DNA of 64,000 nt, from positions 62,001-126,000 of IMG/VR virus record IMGVR_UViG_3300044632_001003; one strand, given 5' to 3'. Numbering within the stretch: the first letter of the stretch is position 1; each line of letters opens with the position of its first letter. Made by a program: the position numbers and the translations under genes. Positions 5,894-15,009 of the stretch are shown here, piece by piece. Under the pieces are notes generated by a model. That model was not told where the DNA came from. It saw nothing but the letters and a program-made list of their open reading frames with translations, and made no database searches.

Positions 5894-6727
5894 ATGGCAA
5901 GAGGCATCATTTATCTCATCATCAACAAGCAAACTGGTGAAAAATACGTCGGAAACACCACACTTGCAATGAATAAAGAATGGGCACACCAGATAGACCG
6001 TGCTAAAAGAATGTCCCGAGAACCCTTACACAAGGCATTCAGAGAACATGGTGTCCATAACTTTATGATTAGAGAGTTAGATGAATGCGATGAATTAGAG
6101 TTTAATGAGAAAACAAACTATTGGATAGAGCAATACAAACCTGAATACAATCCTGCCATTAGCGCCATAGAGATTGCTAAGAAGGCAATAGAAGAGTATA
6201 AACCTGCCGAAGGCAGGCCTGCCGAAGGCATAAGTGCCGAAGGCATAAGCGCAAGCGCCGCAAGCGCAGCACTACAAGAACTTGCTAAACCAAAACCAAA
6301 AGAAAAAAGAAAAGTTAATACCTCACACTTAATGCAATGGAATGAGAATACCCGTGGAGATGGTAAGAAGACAGGTCTTAAAATAAGATGCAAGAACTTA
6401 GAAACTGGTGTATGCACTGATTATGAATCAGCCAGAGAAGCAGCAACACAAGTGACAGGCAATCCGAATAACCGTGCAAACATTCTATCTGCTGCCAGGC
6501 ATTACCGCATTGCCTATGGTCATCGTTGGCAGATCTTAGAAGAAAAGGAAAAGAAAAAGGCGGTGTTTGGTGTCGATAAAAAAACGGAGATAATTGGTCC
6601 CCGTTGTGAAAGTATTAATGCTGCTGTTCATTTTTTTGAAGGCACCGATAAAAACGGAATTCTCAAGAGTCTGAAGAATCCAGGGCGTTATAGTTGGAAA
6701 GGTTATTACTGGTTCTATGTACGTTAA
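5894..6727 (+). CDS. GIY-YIG-fold protein with C-terminal NUMOD1-like DNA-binding modules; catalytic Arg and Glu appear replaced
   Basis: GIIY..KYVG N-terminus, NKEW instead of KRW, EKT instead of ERE, YN; two (K/R)xxTG...ES..(E/A)A modules. Confidence 0.7.
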   Translation: MARGIIYLIINKQTGEKYVGNTTLAMNKEWAHQIDRAKRMSREPLHKAFREHGVHNFMIRELDECDELEFNEKTNYWIEQYKPEYNPAISAIEIAKKAIEEYKPAEGRPAEGISAEGISASAASAALQELAKPKPKEKRKVNTSHLMQWNENTRGDGKKTGLKIRCKNLETGVCTDYESAREAATQVTGNPNNRANILSAARHYRIAYGHRWQILEEKEKKKAVFGVDKKTEIIGPRCESINAAVHFFEGTDKNGILKSLKNPGRYSWKGYYWFYVR

Positions 6728-6916
6728 TCAGAGTCCTTTATCTCTTTTCTCTTGATTCGCCGTCTGCTGCAAATGCATAGTCGTATGAAGACGTTGTAGA
6801 TTCGCATAGCGATTGTGCTGACGTGTTATGATTCCACTTTCCTTGGCTTTTGCAGCATCAACCTTTGCCTGTGGTGTTGTGAGAATCTGTTCCATGAACT
6901 GAAAGAACGTCTTCAT
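6728..6916 (-). CDS. small late protein with an MKTF..F..E N-terminus resembling the T4 capsid-targeting sequence
   Basis: MKTFFQFMEQ; late promoter ATAAATA at 6937-6943. Confidence 0.55.
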   Translation of the reverse strand: MKTFFQFMEQILTTPQAKVDAAKAKESGIITRQHNRYANLQRLHTTMHLQQTANQEKRDKGL

Positions 6917-6962
6917 TTATCCTCTGACTTTTTGAGTATTTATGGCGTCGCAAACCTCGATC

Positions 6963-7499
6963 TTAGAAACCATAGAATGATTGTGAGATAAAGAAATTAT
7001 AAGTCAATCGACCATCTGTAATATCATTACCATAAGGTGATGTAGGAGCATGAACATAATACCCAGGATAGGCAATCAATCGATTATACTTATGAGCATA
7101 CGATACTATCTCATTCTTCTCTCCATTGACAATTGATGTGCCACAGGATTCTGGTGCATCAGACAAATAGATGACCCCTGCATAAGGCACAGGATCAGCA
7201 TGATACTTGTAATGATGATAATCTTTGATTCTTGTGTTTCTATCGCTTTGGATATCCCAGTCGATAACCTCAGTGGGAAGAATATGAAAATAAGACTCAA
7301 TCAGATAATTCTGAATCTTGAAATGCTCCGATACAGTATGAAGAACATTCTCTTGTATTTCAGGACAATACAATGGACCCGTGCGGTATCCTTGCCATCC
7401 AGAATCAATATCCTTAGAGCAGTTATAATTCTGCTCCAAGGACATCTCTATGACTTCTTCTGGATTCTCAAAGAAGTCATCAATAACAAGTACGTTCAT
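6963..7499 (-). CDS. 2OG-Fe(II) oxygenase-like protein (DUF6445-like)
   Basis: VIDDFF N-terminus, HAD..YAGVIYL, NRLIAY...H, RLTYNFF. Confidence 0.75.
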   Translation of the reverse strand: MNVLVIDDFFENPEEVIEMSLEQNYNCSKDIDSGWQGYRTGPLYCPEIQENVLHTVSEHFKIQNYLIESYFHILPTEVIDWDIQSDRNTRIKDYHHYKYHADPVPYAGVIYLSDAPESCGTSIVNGEKNEIVSYAHKYNRLIAYPGYYVHAPTSPYGNDITDGRLTYNFFISQSFYGF

Positions 7500-7524
7500 T
7501 TCTTTGATTGTTGTGCTGATTTAA

Positions 7525-7869
7525 TCACTGAGGAGGTTCTGGAATATGATCGTCAGGACAACAATCTTTTCTTGACTCCATGAACTTATCAAACTCTCCA
7601 TTCATCCAATCTTCATCAGATTCTCTCCATTTACCCAATGGGCAGGCATCAAGAGCAAAACGAACTTTTGAATCCAAATAACAACCACATTCCTTACAAC
7701 GATTGGGAATTGGGTCGCGGCGATCACAGGCTTCACAAATTGCCTTTCTCTTTAATACAACTTCATTGGAACAAAACAAACTATCACTTGCTTGTGCGTA
7801 CTTGAGCACATCAAATGCAAACTTTGCAAGATTTTTTGCTTGCTGTGGTAACGATGGATAATCACTCAT
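7525..7869 (-). CDS. small Cys-rich protein (CxxC...CxxCGC...CPLGKW)
   Basis: 114-aa track ORF. Confidence 0.75.
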   Translation of the reverse strand: MSDYPSLPQQAKNLAKFAFDVLKYAQASDSLFCSNEVVLKRKAICEACDRRDPIPNRCKECGCYLDSKVRFALDACPLGKWRESDEDWMNGEFDKFMESRKDCCPDDHIPEPPQ

Positions 7870-9020
7870 TGGTACAATCCTTTAATGGTTTCAGAAGTTA
7901 ATTCACCTGTATATATGTAATTTCCTAGGGCAGGGGCAATGGCACGTCCTGCATTTCCTGCAATACCACCATTACCTACAAGTGTCGATGTTGGTGATGT
8001 TGTGGTTGCTGCTGACCCTGATCCAAATAGAGCACCTGATGAACCTGGCTCTCCAGGATTTCCACTGGGTTGTCCATATTGAGGACTTGCTCCACATCCA
8101 CCAGGCGCTCCTGCTCCACCAGCAACACCTGTAGTGCTTGGTTGATTGTATCCTTGACCGATTCCACCTGCACCACCATCACCACCAGGAGCAGCAGGCA
8201 CAGCATAATCAACTTGACAAAGATTATACCAACGTCCTACATTGCATCCACGGTTAAATTCACAGCAGTTGCCATCACCACCACCTTTACCACCTACTTT
8301 ATATCCACCAGGACAGTTATTGTTTGGACCACCACCACAATAACCACCAGTCCAATACTGATAGTTACAAGTTCCAGGATTGCCTGATGTACCTTGAGAA
8401 CCTCTGGCTCCACCTGATCCACCTGCATAAACCTGAGAACCTGCATCAATTACAACTTTAACAGCATATCCTGTTGAAGTTGAATAAATCGCAGATCCAC
8501 CTACAGCACCAGGCGTACTATAAACAGTTCCACCTGATCCACCTGCACCATGAATCTTTCCACCATTTTGAACAATCAAAGACAGATTGTAGGCCAATGA
8601 ATCAAACCTTGCCGCAGGTGAAGATGTGTTGATGGATCCAATCGTTCCCTGAACATAGAATCTCTTCTTGATGTTCTTGGGTAGATTACCAAACCAATTC
8701 TGTGCTCCAACATCAACACCAGGATTGCTAAAGTTGGCAGAGTTATCATCCGTTCCTGTCTGAACCAAATTATAATACTTCAGACTATTGCGAAACTGCG
8801 AACTCTTGAGATTCTTTGTCGTGCTGTTTGCAATCTGTGAGTTTTCAACAGCATCGGGTACAATTGGATCTGTTTCTGCAGAGGTTGTAACCGTTGTATT
8901 TCTCAGCAATTCAGATGCCTTAATTGGACCTGATGCAACTTCCTTAAAAGAGTTTCTTAGATCTCCAAACTTAATTGGACCTGATGAAAATAAAAACGTA
9001 TTACTTGTCGATATTGCCAT
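7866..9020 (-). CDS. glycine-rich virion/tail-associated protein with an internal Cys-rich loop
   Basis: GGxG repeats; late promoter CTAAATA at 9051-9057. Confidence 0.7.
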   Translation of the reverse strand: MAISTSNTFLFSSGPIKFGDLRNSFKEVASGPIKASELLRNTTVTTSAETDPIVPDAVENSQIANSTTKNLKSSQFRNSLKYYNLVQTGTDDNSANFSNPGVDVGAQNWFGNLPKNIKKRFYVQGTIGSINTSSPAARFDSLAYNLSLIVQNGGKIHGAGGSGGTVYSTPGAVGGSAIYSTSTGYAVKVVIDAGSQVYAGGSGGARGSQGTSGNPGTCNYQYWTGGYCGGGPNNNCPGGYKVGGKGGGDGNCCEFNRGCNVGRWYNLCQVDYAVPAAPGGDGGAGGIGQGYNQPSTTGVAGGAGAPGGCGASPQYGQPSGNPGEPGSSGALFGSGSAATTTSPTSTLVGNGGIAGNAGRAIAPALGNYIYTGELTSETIKGLYQ

Positions 9021-9049
9021 TAGACAACTAAGAATTCCTTAACGTACTG

Positions 9050-9334
9050 TTATTTAGTTTTGGAATCCACTTTTGCAGTTTCAGCAGTATAAGGCACTCG
9101 TCCTGTTTCTTGATACATCACCATATCATACTTGAACTTGCATTCCAGAGGTTTCTGATTGCACAGTTTCAGAGTTTGATTGATGGTTGATTCAGTGTAT
9201 GCATTTGACCCTAGAGCAAATCCAATCATACCTGTCAATACAAGGGCAGGATAATAGATAACCTTTCTCTTTACTGAAAAAGGGGTACGATTTCGCTGTT
9301 CAGGTAGCCCTGTTTCTGTACGTGTTGTTCCCAT
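9050..9334 (-). CDS. hypothetical membrane protein
   Basis: 94-aa ORF with one hydrophobic segment. Confidence 0.65.
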   Translation of the reverse strand: MGTTRTETGLPEQRNRTPFSVKRKVIYYPALVLTGMIGFALGSNAYTESTINQTLKLCNQKPLECKFKYDMVMYQETGRVPYTAETAKVDSKTK

Positions 9335-9352
9335 AATGTAGCATCCTCAATG

Positions 9353-9607
9353 TTAAAGAAAACTGCGGTTTGTTTGGTTGTTTTGTTCTTCTTCGATTTG
9401 TAATATACAACTTGGTATTTCATTGTCATTCCAATGTCTTACGACCCCTGCGATAATGAATAGATTAGTAATGAGATAAGTACCGAATATAACAGTCCGT
9501 ATATGAGCAATGTGGTCTGCTTCTCTGTCATTTTTCGTCGCTTTCTCCCCAAGTGCTTTCGCCCACCATCGCCAAAGTTTTGTCCTCTTCCTTTTCTTCA
9601 TTATCAT
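9353..9607 (-). CDS. hypothetical membrane protein (WRWWAKALGEK)
   Basis: 84-aa track ORF. Confidence 0.65.
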   Translation of the reverse strand: MIMKKRKRTKLWRWWAKALGEKATKNDREADHIAHIRTVIFGTYLITNLFIIAGVVRHWNDNEIPSCILQIEEEQNNQTNRSFL

Positions 9608-9833
9608 AAACAGATTGTCTTGACCTTACATAGGTGAGTTCTTTCCACTGATTATTATAGCACAGAACTAGCAATCGCTCATTGGAATGCAACTTACAGG
9701 CAGCATAGTTAGTCTTATCCTTGGGCTTGACATTGACTTCAATTGTGATGTACTCTACATCCTTGAAATACACCCAACCCTCAACACCTTTGGTCCAGGT
9801 GACATAATCATTGACTTCAGGAATGTAACTCAT
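9528..9833 (-). CDS. hypothetical protein
   Basis: 101-aa track ORF. Confidence 0.7.
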   Translation of the reverse strand: MSYIPEVNDYVTWTKGVEGWVYFKDVEYITIEVNVKPKDKTNYAACKLHSNERLLVLCYNNQWKELTYVRSRQSVYDNEEKEEDKTLAMVGESTWGESDEK

Positions 9834-10111
9834 ACAAATGCAGATTCAAGTGGTGTTTGCTTAGGAATCATCGCAGAATAAGGAGTTGTTTTCCTTATAT
9901 CCACCGACTGTCCAACACTTTTGGAGTTGATGGGGGAATAATATGTTCTTGTTTTGGTGTTGTAGAACCCCCAGATACAACGAACGGCATCACCCAGATT
10001 GTAATCAAACCTACGGTCGTAATGAATCCAGATAGCAACAACATTGCGTTTAAACTCTGTCTGCTCATAATACATTCCCTCTGGTGCATTGTGTGGAAAA
10101 TCAATGTTCAT
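9830..10111 (-). CDS. hypothetical protein
   Basis: 93-aa track ORF; ATGA overlap. Confidence 0.7.
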   Translation of the reverse strand: MNIDFPHNAPEGMYYEQTEFKRNVVAIWIHYDRRFDYNLGDAVRCIWGFYNTKTRTYYSPINSKSVGQSVDIRKTTPYSAMIPKQTPLESAFV

Positions 10112-10293
10112 CGTTATATCCCAATTCAGTCGTTATCAACAACGGCACGAATACGATTGGGATTGTATCCATCCTCAATCAGAGTTAGAATACATTGCAT
10201 TGCTTGTTCTCTGGTCAGTTTGTGATATTGGGGGTCAATATCTTCCCAACCTGTGGTTTCTAATTCAACAATTTTATACAGTTGGTCCATGAA

Positions 10294-10944
10294 TTACCTC
10301 AGTGAAAGTGGTGCAGTTCGTGTCGTAATATCTCCCAGAATCATTGCATTAAAACTGATTGTAATACGATTCTTACCCTTACCATAGGATGTATATGTTT
10401 GGGGAACACCATGGGGAAGATAAGATGGGAATATCAACAACGTACCCTCTTCAAATTTAGGAATGAATACACCTGAGTTCGTTGCATTTAATTCATTGTG
10501 ATTGGGTTCAAAGATTCGTGCTCCTGGGCGTGGATCGGAAAATGCAGTTCCTGAACAACTTGGAGGCATTGAAACGTGCAAAACACCACTCAGCAATGAA
10601 TTGGGGTGAATATGATTCTGATGCGAATATTCAGGGCGATAACCTACGTTTGCCCACATACTTGTAAGATAGGATTCATCACGAATGACCGTCATATAAT
10701 CCATGACGGATACTGCTTCCTGAAGAAAAAGGTCGGCAAGTTCTTCAAACTGAGGTAGATTATGCAGGTTGTGATTGCTATGCCAACCAACAGTTCCTGC
10801 TTTATTCCCCATAGTTTCATCTTTGGTCAGTTTCATGACATCAGATGCAACCTGGTTCAACAAACTTTTACTCTCAATCTTTGAGGAAAAGACCATTGAT
10901 GGGAATGTTGGCCAAATTGTGCGATCAATTAGTTTGATACTCAT
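10294..10944 (-). CDS. 2OG-Fe(II) oxygenase, TIGR02466-like
   Basis: WANV...HQNHIHPNSLLSGV, GTLLIFPSYLPHGV, RITISFN. Confidence 0.85.
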   Translation of the reverse strand: MSIKLIDRTIWPTFPSMVFSSKIESKSLLNQVASDVMKLTKDETMGNKAGTVGWHSNHNLHNLPQFEELADLFLQEAVSVMDYMTVIRDESYLTSMWANVGYRPEYSHQNHIHPNSLLSGVLHVSMPPSCSGTAFSDPRPGARIFEPNHNELNATNSGVFIPKFEEGTLLIFPSYLPHGVPQTYTSYGKGKNRITISFNAMILGDITTRTAPLSLR

Positions 10945-11174
10945 GTCGTGAATGAATCAACAATGCGGGAGTCTTCATCATTGGCAAGAGCAAATTTATG
11001 GGCATTAACAACACGTTCCATAATCCGAGAATCGTGTGCATTCTCATACTCATCACGCCAGTCCAGAAGAACATCATGGCACTCGTTATCATTTTCTGCG
11101 ATGACACTAACTACGCCACCATATTCAGAAGAAGGAAACGGAACCCAATAATCAACCAGATAAAGATACTTCAT
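10941..11174 (-). CDS. hypothetical protein (YLVDYWVPFPSSEYGG)
   Basis: 77-aa track ORF. Confidence 0.75.
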   Translation of the reverse strand: MKYLYLVDYWVPFPSSEYGGVVSVIAENDNECHDVLLDWRDEYENAHDSRIMERVVNAHKFALANDEDSRIVDSFTT

Positions 11175-11366
11175 TGTTGTGTGTAAATTACTCCTTAATT
11201 TTAGTGTATTTGTTGCTTCCTGTCAAGCAGTTCAATTGTCGCTCAATCTCAAACTTAATTGGAAGCAAATGCGAAGAAAAAAATCCAGCATATTGCCCAT
11301 CACTCAGAAGTTTATGAAGATTTTCAACCTGAATCTGTGCCAGAATCAATTTTGTTTTTTGATCCA

Positions 11367-11573
11367 TTACACAAACTCCTGAAGATAATAATCAACAGAA
11401 ACATTCAGTTCTGCTGCTTTTTTCTCAATGAAATTGAGACGATGATTGCCCCCTGTTACATAATTACGTGCTTCCTGCCATTTTTTGTGGGCATCAATTT
11501 CAGTTTCTGCGTGTTTCATAAAATCCTCAAATGCGGTCATAAACTGCCTAATGTCTTCGTCGTTCATAATCAT
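11367..11573 (-). CDS. small protein ending KAAELNVSVDYYLQEFV
   Basis: shares its C-terminal motif with 4850..4996. Confidence 0.7.
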   Translation of the reverse strand: MIMNDEDIRQFMTAFEDFMKHAETEIDAHKKWQEARNYVTGGNHRLNFIEKKAAELNVSVDYYLQEFV

Positions 11574-11887
11574 CCAATAATACGATAACAGACAGTTGCA
11601 TTACCTTTTTGAGGTGATGCAATATGGGCAAATGCAGCATAAGATAAATCTAAGTCTGCATGAGAGTAAGGTCCGCGATCATTGACGCGAACAATCACCT
11701 GCTTCATGTTATCTTGGTTTGTCACCCTGATCTTACTGCCCATAGGCAAATGAGGATGAGCTGCAGTCCAACGATAAGCATCAAACCGTTCACCATTGGC
11801 GGTTTTTTGTCCATGGAAACCATCGCCAACACCGTAATATGTAGCGATACCACACATCAAAGCGGCAATAATCATTCTATGTGACAA
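11570..11887 (-). CDS. rlpA: RlpA-like lytic transglycosylase (DPBB domain)
   Basis: ATYYG...FHGQKTANGERFD...TAAHPHLPMGS.IRVTN...VIVRVNDRGP...DLSYAAF. Confidence 0.9.
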   Translation of the reverse strand: MSHRMIIAALMCGIATYYGVGDGFHGQKTANGERFDAYRWTAAHPHLPMGSKIRVTNQDNMKQVIVRVNDRGPYSHADLDLSYAAFAHIASPQKGNATVCYRIIG

Positions 11888-12193
11888 TCAGGGTGAAAAG
11901 ATTTCATTTGTTCGCAGATTTGTGCTTGGCGATTCTTGTAACCTTCAAACATTTTGTTATCACGTTGGATTAGAAACAAATTCCAACCAAAGATAACGCC
12001 AACTGCGAGTAGAGCATAAAAATAGAGTTTCATCCGCAATCAAGGTCGTAGAGAATAGCAGCAGACATTTCAGAAAGAATCTTTCGGTTCAAGTTATGTA
12101 CATCATAACCAATCTTTTCCGAAAGATCAACCCAATCAGGATGTTTCATAAGAATGTTGAGCATCGCACTTAGTTCATCAGTTGTAAATGCCA

Positions 12194-12457
12194 TCAGCAA
12201 GCACCATGAAAAGGATTACCAAGTTGAGGCAGGTCGGAGTTGTCACCAGTTTCGACATAACCCAGTGCCAGACGCTCACGAATCGCAAGAGTCTTCTCAA
12301 CACGATTCAGAAACTTCTTGGAGATTTGATCCACACCTTTCCAAGACAGAACCTGCAGGCACCATTCCTGACTAATATCACCATAAGGCGTCTTGACAGG
12401 ATAGTAACCAACCAGCATCGTGCCGTCTGCAGACTGGAGAGTGGGGAAGGTGGTCAT
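12194..12457 (-). CDS. hypothetical early protein
   Basis: 87-aa ORF behind promoter 12482-12540. Confidence 0.75.
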   Translation of the reverse strand: MTTFPTLQSADGTMLVGYYPVKTPYGDISQEWCLQVLSWKGVDQISKKFLNRVEKTLAIRERLALGYVETGDNSDLPQLGNPFHGAC

Positions 12458-12481
12458 TGGGTGTCCCTCGATTACCTTAGT

Positions 12482-12540
12482 ATTATAGGGCAGAGTCAGG
12501 GCAGAGTCAGGGCAGAGTATGCCAGTTCATCAAGTGGACC
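12482..12540 (-). promoter_or_regulatory. early promoter cassette whose spacer is an 11-bp tandem repeat x3
   Basis: ATGCCAGT-N6-AGTGGACC 12519-12540; GGGCAGAGTCA x3; -10 TATAAT. Confidence 0.7.
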
Positions 12541-14152
12541 CTCTGTGAATGTTTTGTCTCAAATAGTCATACATTGACTGGCATTGTGATGCATAGGACT
12601 GATAGTGTTTTTGACAACCAGTAAAAACATCTGATAGGTAATCCAAATATGCATCACAATCTAATCCTTTTAACTTACCCATTGCCAAATGTAGATGTGC
12701 ATCCACAGGAGAATAATCCATACCTGCAGCAATACATTGAAATCCTGCCCCTGGTTGATATTCCCCAAACTTGTATCGGGCATTTGCAGTGAACATAAAC
12801 TCACTGGTTGCAACAATATCCCCAACCTTACTTTGCATGGATAAAGTATCTGCTATTGTTGAATTAACATCTGCAGAGATTCTACATCTCTCAGTAATAT
12901 CCATCCAATAGTCAGAGTCATGTCTTGGACTGATTGCATAATGCAATGCTACAAATTGTGCTAATTGATAGTAGGTCTGACTCATTGAAAAATTATAAGC
13001 ATCTCTATCCCACTGATTAACAATCCTATTTCTGCGGAGAGTATGGGCAAGAGGAAGAAGGAATTCATATGTTGTTAGCAATCCTGTGCTTTCCAGTGGT
13101 TCAATAAATCCAGCAGCAAGACCAATACCAATCACATTCTTTTTCCAAATCTGATTATGCAAACCCAACTTCATATCAATTGGTCTATATTCCAATTCTT
13201 CAGGATCAACACGATGAGTGTGCTTAATGTGATTCTTGAATTCTTTCAGAGCATCTTCTGAAGAAATGTACTTATCACTATAGACATATCCACCACCAAT
13301 GCGAGACCACAAAGGAATATTCCATACCCAACCATTTGTCAGAGCAGTGCAGTTTGTAAATGGCTCTAATTGTTTCTTTTTATCTTTATATGGAATATGT
13401 GTCGCCCATGCTTTATTGTTTGGAATGATGTGAGAAATCGAATTGAACTTCTCTTCAAGAGCGCCACCCAAGAGCATACTCTTAAATCCTGTACAATCAA
13501 TGAACAAGTCTGCGGTAATTGTTGATCCATCTTTGAGTTTAAGATAATCAACTCCGTTCTCATTTGTAACTACACCATCTACAGTTGAATGAATCAACTT
13601 GACTCCTCTAGGGAGACAAACTGCAGTCTTCAAGTATTGTCCAAATGCTGTTGCATCAAAATGATAAGCAGCATCAAAGTTAAAATTAAATCCTGGAGTC
13701 TTTCCAGTACCATCTGTTGATATTTTTCTTTGTTCAGCAACAGCAGTGATTGGATAAAAACAACGGGCATATGAGTTCTTATCCAGAACATCAGGTCTTA
13801 GTTGTTTAACTAAGTACCAATCATTTCTACTCAGTTGTTCATGAGGAACCGTAGACATCCCAAATGGATAGTGAAAGGAACCAGTCCCCTTTCCTTCAAA
13901 ATCAGTAAATTTAATGCTTAATTTGTATATTCCATCAGTTTTATGCAAGAAATCTCTATCATTCAATCCAAGCAAAGAAGTCCAGTGCTTAATACCACCC
14001 AAGGTGCTTTCACCCACACCAAGAATAGCAAAGTCTGGACTTTCGATGACAGTTAGATCAATTTCAGGAATTTGAGTTGCAATGGTGGCAGCAGACATCC
14101 ATCCTGCCGAACCACCACCGACAACCACAATCTTTTTTATTTCTTTACTCAT
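12530..14152 (-). CDS. flavin-dependent tryptophan halogenase family protein (PrnA/RebH-like)
   Basis: VVGGGSAGW, GVGEST, YKLSIKF (catalytic Lys), FIDCTGF, GWVWNIP, FIEPLESTG. Confidence 0.92.
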   Translation of the reverse strand: MSKEIKKIVVVGGGSAGWMSAATIATQIPEIDLTVIESPDFAILGVGESTLGGIKHWTSLLGLNDRDFLHKTDGIYKLSIKFTDFEGKGTGSFHYPFGMSTVPHEQLSRNDWYLVKQLRPDVLDKNSYARCFYPITAVAEQRKISTDGTGKTPGFNFNFDAAYHFDATAFGQYLKTAVCLPRGVKLIHSTVDGVVTNENGVDYLKLKDGSTITADLFIDCTGFKSMLLGGALEEKFNSISHIIPNNKAWATHIPYKDKKKQLEPFTNCTALTNGWVWNIPLWSRIGGGYVYSDKYISSEDALKEFKNHIKHTHRVDPEELEYRPIDMKLGLHNQIWKKNVIGIGLAAGFIEPLESTGLLTTYEFLLPLAHTLRRNRIVNQWDRDAYNFSMSQTYYQLAQFVALHYAISPRHDSDYWMDITERCRISADVNSTIADTLSMQSKVGDIVATSEFMFTANARYKFGEYQPGAGFQCIAAGMDYSPVDAHLHLAMGKLKGLDCDAYLDYLSDVFTGCQKHYQSYASQCQSMYDYLRQNIHRGST

Positions 14153-14183
14153 GTATATTTTTTAATCTTTAGTAATTATAGCA

Positions 14184-14444
14184 TCAAAAAGAGGGAACTA
14201 CATCATTCCTAAGCCCAGTCTCAGACCTATCCATCTGTTCCCAGTAGGAATAAAGTTTGTTATACAGTGCTGGAGCACTTCCATATTCTCTTGCAATTCT
14301 ATTTTCATCAGCATTCTCAAGATTTTGAAGTGCAGATAGAATCACACCAATTTCATGAACATTCAGTTGTACAGTTGCTTCAGTCATTGTTATCAGTCCC
14401 AAGATACGTTTTGAAGTAAGAAACCAGGCATCACCAGTGACCAA
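14184..14444 (-). CDS. hypothetical protein (probable start MTEATV)
   Basis: track ORF. Confidence 0.65.
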   Translation of the reverse strand: MVTGDAWFLTSKRILGLITMTEATVQLNVHEIGVILSALQNLENADENRIAREYGSAPALYNKLYSYWEQMDRSETGLRNDVVPSF

Positions 14445-14782
14445 GCACCCTGGTCACCAGTGCCACTAACTTTATATTCCCATTTATAGGCAAACTTGTT
14501 ATGACTGTCCCAAGTCATAAACCCCTTCTCCTTATCAAACCAAGACTTAATGGTCAGACCAAATCGATTAGAGTAAATATTGCGGGTTCGCAGTGCTCCG
14601 CCAGTTTCACGGGTTTCAACTACTTTACAGGTATCAAACTGAGCCTGAAGACCTACATCCAGAGCACAAGGAGTTTCATACACAAATGGACGATAAACTT
14701 TCGGTTTAGCGACAGTTGGTGCCGTCTGTGCAAATGCAGGAGAAGTCAGCAACAGAGTTACAAGTAGAAGTAGTTTTTTCAT
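14393..14782 (-). CDS. secreted hypothetical protein
   Basis: signal peptide MKKLLLLVTLLLTSPAFA. Confidence 0.75.
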   Translation of the reverse strand: MKKLLLLVTLLLTSPAFAQTAPTVAKPKVYRPFVYETPCALDVGLQAQFDTCKVVETRETGGALRTRNIYSNRFGLTIKSWFDKEKGFMTWDSHNKFAYKWEYKVSGTGDQGAWSLVMPGFLLQNVSWD

Positions 14783-15009
14783 TCAAACTCTCCATTACGG
14801 TTGTTTGGTTTAGAATTTTTCAATGAATACACTTCAACACTCAGTGATTGAATTGCAGAATACAAATTGCTATCCAACTGATTCACCTTATACTCAAGGT
14901 TTCCCATTTGACGATAGAGATTCAGGCATAGAAGAAGATTACCTGCGATGCCAACAACAATTGCCCACCCAATCACTTGCTCAAGTCGTTCTTCACTCAG
15001 TCTCATCAT
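14779..15009 (-). CDS. membrane-anchored coiled-coil protein
   Basis: 76-aa track ORF. Confidence 0.65.
   Translation of the reverse strand: MMRLSEERLEQVIGWAIVVGIAGNLLLCLNLYRQMGNLEYKVNQLDSNLYSAIQSLSVEVYSLKNSKPNNRNGEFE

Noticed and set aside
5894-6727. Active mobile homing endonuclease
   Set aside because: It is not in an intron or intein and the catalytic Arg/Glu positions appear substituted, so it is reported as a derived protein instead
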